DNA from: an uncultured virus (IMG/VR IMGVR_UViG_3300032050_007618)
Lineage: Duplodnaviria; Heunggongvirae; Uroviricota; Caudoviricetes
Direction: 5' to 3' (one strand)
IMG/VR virus record: IMGVR_UViG_3300032050_007618
DNA length: 64,000 bases
Below are positions 39,845 to 48,391 of this stretch, piece after piece. The notes under the pieces were generated by a model, which made no database searches, was not told where the DNA came from, and saw only the letters and a program-made list of their open reading frames with translations. Made by a program: the position numbers and the translations under genes. The number at the start of each line of letters is the position of its first letter. Positions within the stretch are counted from its first letter, which is position 1.

Positions 39845-42142
39845 ATGAACAAAGAAATCTTTATCAAAAAAAGAGGAGGTGCATTGGAGAAATTCAATGC
39901 AGATAAAATCAATAAGGTGTTGCAATGGGCTACCGAAGGAATCAAAAATGTTTCGTTTGAAGAAGTTGCAATGAATGCACATCTGTCATTCTTCGATGGA
40001 ATGACATCTGATAATATTCATATATCGTTGATCGAAGCGGCAGCACAACAGATCTCTGTTGAGAAGCCAAATTATCAATACGTTGCGTCACGTTTGTTGA
40101 ATTATCAACTTCGTAAACGTGTTTGGGGTGGAAAGAATCCTCCAAAGTTGTATGATCTTGTTAAGACAAACATTGAGAAGTTTGTTTATGACGAACAAAT
40201 CTTGGAATGGTATTCCAAGAAAGATTTCGATAAGCTGGATGAATATCTTAAGCATGATCGTGATCTTGATTTTTCTTATGCTGGCATCAAACAGTTATGC
40301 GATAAGTACTTGATTCAAAATCGTAGTACCAAGGAGATTTATGAGACTCCACAGTTTGCATATATGTTGATTGCCATGACGTTCTTCAAGAACTATAAGG
40401 AGAATCGTTTGGAGTATGTCAAGAAGGCGTACAACTATTTCAGTAAACACAAGATCAATCTACCCACACCAATTATGGCGGGTGTTCGTTCTGTCATGAA
40501 GAGTTACGCTTCATGTTCGTTGTTTACCGTCGATGATACTCTCAAGAGTATTTTCAGTAACAACAGCGCAGTTGGATATGCAACCGCAAGTCGTTATGGT
40601 ATCGGACTCAATTTGTCACGTCTACGTGCTACAAATGCTCCAATTCGTAACGGTGAAGTGATTCATACCGGTCCAATTCCGTTTGCCAAGGCGTTCGAAT
40701 CAACTGTAAAGAGTTGTCATCAGAACGGTATTCGTGGTGGAAGTGCTACGGTCAACTTTGCGTGGTTCCATTATGATATCATGGAAATTTTGGTGTTGAA
40801 AAACAACGCTGGTACTGATGATAATCGTGTTCGTAAGTTGGATTATTGTATTGGTCTTGATAAGTTGATCTTTGAACGATTCATGGAAAACAAGGAAGTT
40901 ACTCTTTTCAGTTATCATGAGTGTCAGAGTCTTTGGAATCGATTTGGTTATGAAGATTTTAAGGAGAAGTACGAAAAGGCAGAGAACAACAAGAACATCA
41001 AGTTCAAGAAGACGGTTAAGGCACGGGATTTGATGATGCTTTTGGCAAAAGAGCGTCTTGAGACCGGTCGTATCTACACGATGTTTGTTGATCATGCCAA
41101 TTCACATGGTAGTTGGGTTGACCAAGTTGATACCAGTAACCTTTGTCTTGAAGTGAATCATCCTTTGATTCCTATTGAGGACGTTAACGATCCTAATGGT
41201 GAAATTGGAGTGTGTATTTTGGCAGCGGTTAATTGGTTGGAGATTACCTCGGATGATGAAATGAAGAGTGTTTGTGATGTTATTGTTCGAATGCTTGATT
41301 CATTGATTGATCACCAGAATTATTTTGTTCCGGCTGCTGAGAATTTTGCCAAGAAGCGTCGTAGTCTTGGAGTTGGTGTTACCAACTTGGCGGCTATTCT
41401 TGCCAGAGAGGGTGTAAAGTACTGGGATCCTGAGGCTCCTAATATTGCGGCTCGTTGGATGGAGAAGATGAGTTATTATCTGATTGATGCAAGTGCTGAA
41501 ATGGCCAAGGAATTTGGTAAGTGTGAAAAGTTTGATCGTACCAAGTTTAGTTCTGGCATTTTGCCAATTGATACTTATAAGAAGGACGTTGATGAGTTCA
41601 TTACTGAACCTCTTCATATGGACTGGGAAGGTTTGCGTGAAAAGATTAAACAATATGGAATGCGTCATAGTACGTTGACTGCTTGTATGCCTGTTGAATC
41701 CAGCAGTGTTATTCAGAGTAGTACCAACGGAATTGAACCTCCACGTAGTTTGATTAGTCACAAGGGAAGTAAGACTAATATTCTACCTGTGGTTGTTCCG
41801 GGTGTGGAGAAATACAAAGACAATTACACCTTTGCGTTTGACATGCCTGATAATTCGGGATATCTTAAGGTAGCTGCGGCCATTCAGAAGTTTACTGATA
41901 TGAGTATTAGTACCAACACTTATTATATTCCATCACGGTATCCCCAAAATAAGGTACCGGCTCAGGCAGTGATTATGGATATGATGTTGGCATATAAGTA
42001 TGGATTGAAAAATCTGTATTATGCTAACACCGATGATGGCGATAAACAGACAGCAATGTCAGAAGATAAAGAGACTGTGAAGGTTGAACCTAAGATTGAA
42101 GGTGAACAGTCTGGTTGTACTAGCGGTGCATGTGCAATGTAA
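39845..42142 (+). CDS. nrdA: Ribonucleotide reductase class Ia, alpha subunit
   Basis: ATP-cone, PTPIMAG, SCSL, QNGIRGG, SNLCLE, LGVGV, MPVESSS and C-terminal CTSGAC. Confidence 0.97.
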   Translation: MNKEIFIKKRGGALEKFNADKINKVLQWATEGIKNVSFEEVAMNAHLSFFDGMTSDNIHISLIEAAAQQISVEKPNYQYVASRLLNYQLRKRVWGGKNPPKLYDLVKTNIEKFVYDEQILEWYSKKDFDKLDEYLKHDRDLDFSYAGIKQLCDKYLIQNRSTKEIYETPQFAYMLIAMTFFKNYKENRLEYVKKAYNYFSKHKINLPTPIMAGVRSVMKSYASCSLFTVDDTLKSIFSNNSAVGYATASRYGIGLNLSRLRATNAPIRNGEVIHTGPIPFAKAFESTVKSCHQNGIRGGSATVNFAWFHYDIMEILVLKNNAGTDDNRVRKLDYCIGLDKLIFERFMENKEVTLFSYHECQSLWNRFGYEDFKEKYEKAENNKNIKFKKTVKARDLMMLLAKERLETGRIYTMFVDHANSHGSWVDQVDTSNLCLEVNHPLIPIEDVNDPNGEIGVCILAAVNWLEITSDDEMKSVCDVIVRMLDSLIDHQNYFVPAAENFAKKRRSLGVGVTNLAAILAREGVKYWDPEAPNIAARWMEKMSYYLIDASAEMAKEFGKCEKFDRTKFSSGILPIDTYKKDVDEFITEPLHMDWEGLREKIKQYGMRHSTLTACMPVESSSVIQSSTNGIEPPRSLISHKGSKTNILPVVVPGVEKYKDNYTFAFDMPDNSGYLKVAAAIQKFTDMSISTNTYYIPSRYPQNKVPAQAVIMDMMLAYKYGLKNLYYANTDDGDKQTAMSEDKETVKVEPKIEGEQSGCTSGACAM

Positions 42143-42154
42143 AATAATAAAACT

Positions 42155-43213
42155 ATGAAAACCGTACTAAACAAGAAGAACATTGATCAACTAAAGAACC
42201 CCATGTTTTTTGGTGATGATCTATCTCTTCAAAGATATGATCAGATCAAATATCAAAAGTTCTATGATCTTTATGATCAACAACTGAACTTTTTCTGGAG
42301 ACCGCAAGAGGTTTCTTTGGTAAAAGATATCAGTGACTATAAGGCTCTATCAGACGAAGAACGTTTTGTGTTTGATAGCAATCTTAAATTCCAAACGATG
42401 ACTGATTCGATGTTGAGTCGAAGCATTCATGAGTTGATGAAATACGTTACAAATCCCGAGTTGGAGATTTGTATGAATACGTGGTCGTTTTTTGAAACGA
42501 TTCACAGCAACAGTTATACATATATTTTGAACAACGTCTATCCTGACGCTACTAAGTTCTTTAATAGCGTATTGGAAGATCCTGAAATTGTTAAACGTGC
42601 AACAGCTATCTCTGGAAAGTATGATCAACTGTTGGGCGGTGGTTCAGATGAACGTCAACGTTTGTATGATGCTATTCTGGCCACTCAAATCACTGAAGGA
42701 TTGATTTTCTATGTGAGCTTTGCATGTAGTTTTTACTTTGGTTACCGTGGAAAGATGGAAGGTAACTCAAAGATTATCAAGTTTATTAGTCGTGATGAAA
42801 ACCTTCATGTTGCGATTACTCAAAACATTATGAAAAACTGGATGAATAATCCAGATGAAGGATTCCAAGATATTGTCAAGAAGAACGAAGATAAGGTTTA
42901 TGCTGCCTATGAAATGGCAGTCAATGCTGAAAAGGATTGGGCCGATTATTTGTTCAGTAAGGGCAACTTGGTTGGATTGACATCTGAAAGTCTCAAACAC
43001 TATATTGAATGGTTGGCTAATAACCGACTTTCAAGTTTGGGATATAAGAAGATTTATCCAAATGCCAAGAACAATCCGCTATCTGGATGGTTGGATAGTT
43101 ATTACGACAGTAAAAAATTACAAGTTGCTCCTCAGGAAACTGAATTGAGTAGTTATGTAAAGGGTGTAGATAGTACAATCAATGAAGATAGTTTTGTTGG
43201 TTTCAAACTATAA
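42155..43213 (+). CDS. nrdB: Ribonucleotide reductase class Ia, beta subunit
   Basis: FFWRPQE, FETIHS.SY, EG..FYVSFA, RDENLH and QVAPQE. Confidence 0.97.
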   Translation: MKTVLNKKNIDQLKNPMFFGDDLSLQRYDQIKYQKFYDLYDQQLNFFWRPQEVSLVKDISDYKALSDEERFVFDSNLKFQTMTDSMLSRSIHELMKYVTNPELEICMNTWSFFETIHSNSYTYILNNVYPDATKFFNSVLEDPEIVKRATAISGKYDQLLGGGSDERQRLYDAILATQITEGLIFYVSFACSFYFGYRGKMEGNSKIIKFISRDENLHVAITQNIMKNWMNNPDEGFQDIVKKNEDKVYAAYEMAVNAEKDWADYLFSKGNLVGLTSESLKHYIEWLANNRLSSLGYKKIYPNAKNNPLSGWLDSYYDSKKLQVAPQETELSSYVKGVDSTINEDSFVGFKL

Positions 43214-43243
43214 ACACTATATATCAAAAGAAAGGAATAAATT

Positions 43244-43384
43244 ATGCCAAAGCCAACACCAACGCCAACACCAAGTGGTACGGCCGGAACAAGCGGTTCC
43301 AAGCCAAAGCCAACTGGTACTCCAAAGCCAACGGGATCAGCTGGATCAAGCGGTTCTAGTGGGTCTAGTGGAAAGAAGCGTTAA
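43244..43384 (+). CDS. 46-aa low-complexity P/T/S/G/K peptide (not in the ORF track)
   Basis: AGAAAGGA SD-like site, ATG at 43244, MPKPTPTPTPSGTAGTSGSKPKPTGTPKPTGSAGSSGSSGSSGKKR*, then a terminator. Confidence 0.65.
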   Translation: MPKPTPTPTPSGTAGTSGSKPKPTGTPKPTGSAGSSGSSGSSGKKR

Positions 43385-43403
43385 TAAAGTTAATAACGGT
43401 CAC

Positions 43404-43434
43404 AAGAACACCCTTTACTGGGTGTTCTTTTTTT
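43404..43434 (+). terminator. Intrinsic terminator
   Basis: AAGAACACCC-tttact-GGGTGTTCTT followed by a T run. Confidence 0.9.
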
Positions 43435-43472
43435 GTTGTTATATCTAATCTGTATATATTTATAGTCATAAT

Positions 43473-44147
43473 ATGAAAATCGATCAATTGCGTACACTCA
43501 TTTCTGAAGGAATCCAAGAAGTTCTTGCCGAACGAAAGAAGCGTTTGGATGAAAAAAACAAGATCTCTGGTCTTTTGAAGAAGCTTGTGATGGAAGTCAT
43601 CGAAGAAAAGAGCGTAGAGTTCGATAAAACATGTTCACAAATTGCCGAAGAGTTGGACAAAGAGGCCAAGAAGATCAATAAGAGTTATAGTGTGACCAAA
43701 AATGACGCTGGTAATTTTGAATTGTGTGGATGTGACCCATACCACGTTCATGTACGTCCACGTTGGAACAACAGTTTTGAAGTTTTGGCTTATAAAGACA
43801 AAACAGATCGTACCAAGAAGATTGGTTTGACCTATGACGAAGTAAAAGACTTTATCAAGTCATATTTGACAAGTGATAAAGAAAACTATGTCAATTCCGC
43901 ATATAATAAGGTTGCAGACAACAGTCTTGATAAGGAAAAGAAGAAGAAACAAGAGGACGGACCACAAAAGACTGATGAAAAAGTGGTTGATGCAGTTGAA
44001 AAGAAAGAAGATCTACCAGATCAGCCAATGCAAGATGTAAACCTTAAGAAGGTTGAAAAACAAGTTGATCACTCTTTGAAGGGTGAAAAGGCCAAGTATA
44101 AGTTTCCTAAGCAAAAGGACGATGACTTGACTGTCAAATTTAAGTAA
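43473..44147 (+). CDS. Hypothetical late protein, highly charged
   Basis: TATTTATA at 43457; N-terminus MKIDQLRTLISEGIQEVLAE. Confidence 0.65.
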   Translation: MKIDQLRTLISEGIQEVLAERKKRLDEKNKISGLLKKLVMEVIEEKSVEFDKTCSQIAEELDKEAKKINKSYSVTKNDAGNFELCGCDPYHVHVRPRWNNSFEVLAYKDKTDRTKKIGLTYDEVKDFIKSYLTSDKENYVNSAYNKVADNSLDKEKKKKQEDGPQKTDEKVVDAVEKKEDLPDQPMQDVNLKKVEKQVDHSLKGEKAKYKFPKQKDDDLTVKFK

Positions 44148-44201
44148 GTTGATCGAATACGGGTATATCCGGTGAGGTCAAACTACTGTCGGATAAAACC
44201 T

Positions 44202-44510
44202 ATGAAAAGAATTATAATTAAATCATTACTTGTTGCGTCATTACTCAGTTCAGTAACGGTTAATGCCGGACATTTCAGTTGGGGAGTTTCAATTAACCTT
44301 GGATTTCCAGTATATTGTCCTCCGCCACAACCAGTAATCTATTCACCTGTGGTATATCACCCACAAGTGGTTGTGGTTCCTCAACCAATAGTTCGTCATG
44401 TTGTATATTCTCAACCAGTAGTTGTCGTTGCACCACCACCGGTGATTTACTATCCGGCACCGACAATTTGGGTTGGTGGTGGTCATCATCATCACGGTCA
44501 TAGACGATAA
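44202..44510 (+). CDS. Secreted Pro/Val/Tyr-rich small protein
   Basis: Signal peptide MKRIIIKSLLVASLLSSVTVNA, then GVSINLG, PPP-VY repeats and a His-rich tail. ATG at 44202 preferred over GTG at 44172. Confidence 0.7.
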   Translation: MKRIIIKSLLVASLLSSVTVNAGHFSWGVSINLGFPVYCPPPQPVIYSPVVYHPQVVVVPQPIVRHVVYSQPVVVVAPPPVIYYPAPTIWVGGGHHHHGHRR

Positions 44511-44527
44511 AATCCATAGATTCCTCG

Positions 44528-44558
44528 AAAATCCGCTGATAAAAACAGCGGATTTTTT
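44528..44558 (+). terminator. Intrinsic terminator
   Basis: AAAATCCGCTG-loop-CAGCGGATTTT followed by TT. Confidence 0.9.
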
Positions 44559-44559
44559 G

Positions 44560-44587
44560 TTGACTTTTTCTAGAACCGGTGTAGGAT
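44560..44587 (+). promoter_or_regulatory. Early promoter TTGACT-N16-TAGGAT
   Basis: A near-copy lies at 45566-45594. Confidence 0.6.
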
Positions 44588-44605
44588 AGTGAAAATTAAA
44601 TATAT

Positions 44606-45556
44606 ATGAGCAATACCAAACTCACCTCCGTCAACGAAATCCTCAATTCCGCCGTGTCTATGAAGCCGGCCGATGTCATCATTTCGGATCTCAAGTGGAA
44701 GTACCTTGTTCGATCCGTTCTCTATGGTAAGAACGTCCTCATGATCGGACCCACCGGTTGTGGTAAGACTCTTGCTGCGCAAACTGTTGCAAAAGTCTTT
44801 AATCGTCCTTTCTTCTACTTTAACATGGGTTCTACTCAAGATGCTCGTAGTGCCCTTATTGGCAATACTCACTTTGAAAAGGATACCGGTACCATTTTCA
44901 GCGAGTCTACGTTTGTCAGGGCCATTCAGACTCCCAATGCAGTCATTCTTTTGGATGAAATCAGTCGTGCTCATCATGATGCTGCAAATATCATGATGAC
45001 TGTCTTGGATACTCTTCAGCGTTATCTTCGATTGGATGAAAAGAAGGATAATGCCATCGTGAATGTTGCCAAGGGTGTGTGTTTTATTGGCACCGCAAAC
45101 ATTGGTAACCAGTATACCGCAACCCGTGTTATGGATCGAGCGTTGATGGATCGTTTTTCTGTCAAGATTGAGATGGATTTCCTCGATAAGGAGTCTGAGA
45201 TCAACTTGGTTGTTAATCGGTTCAAGATTGATACCAAGAACTCTGAATTGTTCAACACCATTTCTGCCATTTGTGAGATTGCATCTCATACCCGTGATCA
45301 GTATCGTCAGGATGATGGTAAGATTACCAACTTTGTGTCTACACGTGCTGTGTGTGAGATGGCAGAATTGGTTAAGGATGGATTTAACCTTCGTGAAATT
45401 GCGGAGAGTGCCATTTATCCAGAGTTTTCTGTTGATGGTGGTGTTGACAGTGAACGTACTTATATCAAACAGGTTGTTCAAAAATATATTCCGGCTGAAT
45501 CTACCAATTCTCCTTTGATGAATGATCCGCTCAAGAACACTCAACCTCCTTTCTAA
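44606..45556 (+). CDS. MoxR/CbbQ/CobS-like AAA+ ATPase
   Basis: GPTGCGKT, ILLDEISR, GTAN, and MDRALMDRF. Confidence 0.9.
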   Translation: MSNTKLTSVNEILNSAVSMKPADVIISDLKWKYLVRSVLYGKNVLMIGPTGCGKTLAAQTVAKVFNRPFFYFNMGSTQDARSALIGNTHFEKDTGTIFSESTFVRAIQTPNAVILLDEISRAHHDAANIMMTVLDTLQRYLRLDEKKDNAIVNVAKGVCFIGTANIGNQYTATRVMDRALMDRFSVKIEMDFLDKESEINLVVNRFKIDTKNSELFNTISAICEIASHTRDQYRQDDGKITNFVSTRAVCEMAELVKDGFNLREIAESAIYPEFSVDGGVDSERTYIKQVVQKYIPAESTNSPLMNDPLKNTQPPF

Positions 45557-45565
45557 AAAAAGTTG

Positions 45566-45594
45566 TTGACTTTTGTATAATTCCGGTGTAGGGT
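45566..45594 (+). promoter_or_regulatory. Early promoter TTGACT-N17-TAGGGT
   Basis: Shares TTGTTGACTTTT and CCGGTGTAGG with the copy at 44557-44585. Confidence 0.6.
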
Positions 45595-45603
45595 ATTAAC
45601 ACA

Positions 45604-47622
45604 ATGAAACATGTACATTCCGAATTTTGGTTGGATGAATTTGATGACTTTGACTCAACCGTCGAGGTTGATGCTACAACTCGTCTTATTCGTCTGAACA
45701 TGACTCGTAGGGCTGTTGCCAATTTTGTTAGTATCCTCACCGGAAAGAACATCCCTGTTATTTTTAGTGATAGTGGTGAAAACATGACCGATGGTAAGGT
45801 CGTGTATCTTTCTTCTGATATTGATCAACCAGAGGACTTTGATAGTCTGGTTGGATTGGCTCTTCACGAAGGTTCTCACGTGTTGTTGTCTGATTTTCGG
45901 TTGGTGGTTGATCTGTGGCAGAATATTCCTCGTAGTCTTTATAACATTGCTGAACCAAAGGGTTTTTCCAAGACTGATGTGGCGTCTTTTCTCAAGACTG
46001 TCCTCAACGTTATTGAGGATCGTTATATTGATCAGTTTGTGTATAAGAATGCTCCGGGTTATCGTGGTTATTATTTGGCACTGTACGATAAGTTCTTCAA
46101 CAACAAGAGCATTGACATGATGCTCGAATCACAGATGTATCGTAGCGCTACTCTTCAGTCGTATGAAGCTCGGTTGATTAACTTGACCAACAAGAATACT
46201 GATCTGGATGCGTTGCCTGATTTCCGTAATATTGCCGAATTAATTGGTATTTCCACTATTGACCGATTGGTTACGCCTCAGGATCGTCTTAATGTGGCTA
46301 TTAAAGTCTGTGAACTGATTTTCAAGAACATTGATGCTGACCAACAAAAGTCAGAGGATGGTTCTTCAAAGACTGGAAAAGGATCCGGTGAAAATGCCAC
46401 TGTTGTTATTGTCCCAGAAGATGATGTTATTGGAGGCACTTCTACATCGGTCACTTCTTCTACAATCAATTCTGATGAAGTCACTAAGAAGGCTAATGAA
46501 CAAAGTGGTGTTTCAAAGTCAAAACGTGATGCTGTGGATCGTGCTTTGAAGAAACAAAAGATCTTTGTTTTGGGTAACATTAAGAAGTCGAAGATTTCGG
46601 CTACTCAAAAGAAGATTCTTGATAGTTTGGAAAACGCAGGTGTTACTATTGTTAACGTTGGAAATCAACTTGGCGACAATACTCCTATTACTGCTGGTGT
46701 TGACTGTATTGTTGTCAAGAATTTTACCCGTGACTTGATTTTTTCTGATATTTGTCCTTGTACACAATACGATGATAAAAAGAATCCCACCTCGGAGACC
46801 AAGATGGCAGTTGAACGGGGTGTTCAACTTGGTGTTTTGCTTGGAAAACGTTTGAGTATTCGTAGTGAGATTAATACTACGAAGTATATGCGTAAGTCTG
46901 TTGGCAAAATTGATCGACGTGTTTTGTCTGAATTGGGATTTGACAATGACAACGTTTTCTATAGAATTGAAACTGACTTGTATAAGAAGGCGTTCATTCA
47001 TATTTCAGTTGATGCTAGTGCAAGTATGCAGGGTAAAAAGTGGAATAATACCATAACTTGTGTCACTGCAATTTGTAAGGCAGCGTCTATGATTTCGAAC
47101 ATTCGGGTTAGTGTAAGTGTTCGTACTACCAGTATGAGTTCCGGTCATCCTTATATTGCTATGGTTTACGATTCTGCTAAGGATTCATTTGCCAAGGTGA
47201 TTAATCTGTTTCCGTATTTGGGTCCAAGTGGAAGTACACCAGAAGGTCTTTGTTTTGAGGCAATTATGAATATGTTGAAAGACTGTGGAGAAAACGAGGA
47301 TTATTATTTCCTTAATTTCTCTGATGGCGAACCGGCATATTGTTATAATTCTCCAAAGGTTGGACAGTTTATCCATTATTCTACCGATAATGGGGCAAAA
47401 CACACTCGTAAACAAGTTGGTAAGATTCGTGAGAAGGGATACAAGGTGTTGGCATATTACATTACCGAAAGTAAAACTCTAAAGAGACTTGGTGAATTTA
47501 ATAGTTTTAACGTTTTTAAGACGATGTACGGTAAAGATTCTCGGTACATTGATGTAACGAATATCGTTAGCGTTGCTAAGACGATGAATGAAATGTTTTT
47601 GAACAGTAACAGTAAAGTTTAA
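45604..47622 (+). CDS. VWA-domain protein with N-terminal HExxH metallopeptidase-like domain (CobT-like partner)
   Basis: LHEGSH plus NVIED, and MIDAS residues DASAS, GSTPE, FSDGEP. Confidence 0.85.
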   Translation: MKHVHSEFWLDEFDDFDSTVEVDATTRLIRLNMTRRAVANFVSILTGKNIPVIFSDSGENMTDGKVVYLSSDIDQPEDFDSLVGLALHEGSHVLLSDFRLVVDLWQNIPRSLYNIAEPKGFSKTDVASFLKTVLNVIEDRYIDQFVYKNAPGYRGYYLALYDKFFNNKSIDMMLESQMYRSATLQSYEARLINLTNKNTDLDALPDFRNIAELIGISTIDRLVTPQDRLNVAIKVCELIFKNIDADQQKSEDGSSKTGKGSGENATVVIVPEDDVIGGTSTSVTSSTINSDEVTKKANEQSGVSKSKRDAVDRALKKQKIFVLGNIKKSKISATQKKILDSLENAGVTIVNVGNQLGDNTPITAGVDCIVVKNFTRDLIFSDICPCTQYDDKKNPTSETKMAVERGVQLGVLLGKRLSIRSEINTTKYMRKSVGKIDRRVLSELGFDNDNVFYRIETDLYKKAFIHISVDASASMQGKKWNNTITCVTAICKAASMISNIRVSVSVRTTSMSSGHPYIAMVYDSAKDSFAKVINLFPYLGPSGSTPEGLCFEAIMNMLKDCGENEDYYFLNFSDGEPAYCYNSPKVGQFIHYSTDNGAKHTRKQVGKIREKGYKVLAYYITESKTLKRLGEFNSFNVFKTMYGKDSRYIDVTNIVSVAKTMNEMFLNSNSKV

Positions 47623-47649
47623 CAATTAACAAGAAAGGAAATATATAAC

Positions 47650-48060
47650 ATGAAGAAGACAAATCGACAGAATAAGACTGGACTTAGCGTGAATTGGCCA
47701 ACTGGCTTTTACACGATGGAGACCAGTGAATCACATCCTAACATTACCAGTTTGTGGAGTCAGAATCAGCATTTTGCTGCTTTGATTACGCTTCGGGTTA
47801 GGTTGACGAATGCAATTGAGGCAAATCAGGTGGTTTCTCTGGGTACCATTAAGGGTTCCAAGGGTCGTCCTAAGTTGGTTTTTGCCAACACTCCGGTGTC
47901 TCAAGAAACCATTGAATCTGCTCGTGCAGCTGGCGTTACGCTCAACGATAACATTCCTCACGTTGTGAATGTCATGAGTGTGTCTCCTGCTACTGAGGAG
48001 GTTTCAGAGGTGGTTGATCATGTGAGTCAGACTGACAAGACTGCCGTCTCTGCGGTTTAA
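47650..48060 (+). CDS. Hypothetical protein, possibly DNA-binding (KGSKGRPK)
   Basis: AGAAAGGA SD-like site; 136 aa. Confidence 0.6.
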   Translation: MKKTNRQNKTGLSVNWPTGFYTMETSESHPNITSLWSQNQHFAALITLRVRLTNAIEANQVVSLGTIKGSKGRPKLVFANTPVSQETIESARAAGVTLNDNIPHVVNVMSVSPATEEVSEVVDHVSQTDKTAVSAV

Positions 48061-48112
48061 AATAAAGTAACGGTGTTCACTTTCTATATATATCAAAGGT
48101 AACTTTGGTATT

Positions 48113-48391
48113 ATGAGAAAACACTATTACTATTTTGAATTGGCAAAAGGAGATGCGTATTTGTTATACGATGGGGAGAGTCTAATAAAATTGGACTCTC
48201 CTCTTTCTATTGGCAATGAACGTGAAGTTAAATTGGCTGTAACAAAACTTCCTAAAGATAAAAATGACAAATTGCCAATAGTAACTTATTCTGAATTACT
48301 AAATGTAAAAATAGAGTCATCTAAGATAGTATTTGACTTTAAGCGTGGTACTACTATAGACTTTGAAGATAGAAACAAGAAGAAAACCTAA
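48113..48391 (+). CDS. Hypothetical protein
   Basis: 92-aa ORF coupled to the next gene (TAATG). Confidence 0.5.
   Translation: MRKHYYYFELAKGDAYLLYDGESLIKLDSPLSIGNEREVKLAVTKLPKDKNDKLPIVTYSELLNVKIESSKIVFDFKRGTTIDFEDRNKKKT

Noticed and set aside
36031..43213. Introns or inteins in uvsX, helicase, nrdA or nrdB
   Set aside because: The proteins are of normal length with contiguous motifs, and no splice-junction or homing-endonuclease signature was seen.
43182..43448. 88-aa track ORF after nrdB
   Set aside because: It overlaps nrdB and runs through a terminator; the SD-preceded frame 43244-43384 is more plausible.
44570..45544. 324-aa antisense ORF
   Set aside because: It fully overlaps the motif-complete AAA+ ATPase on the opposite strand and has no recognisable motifs.
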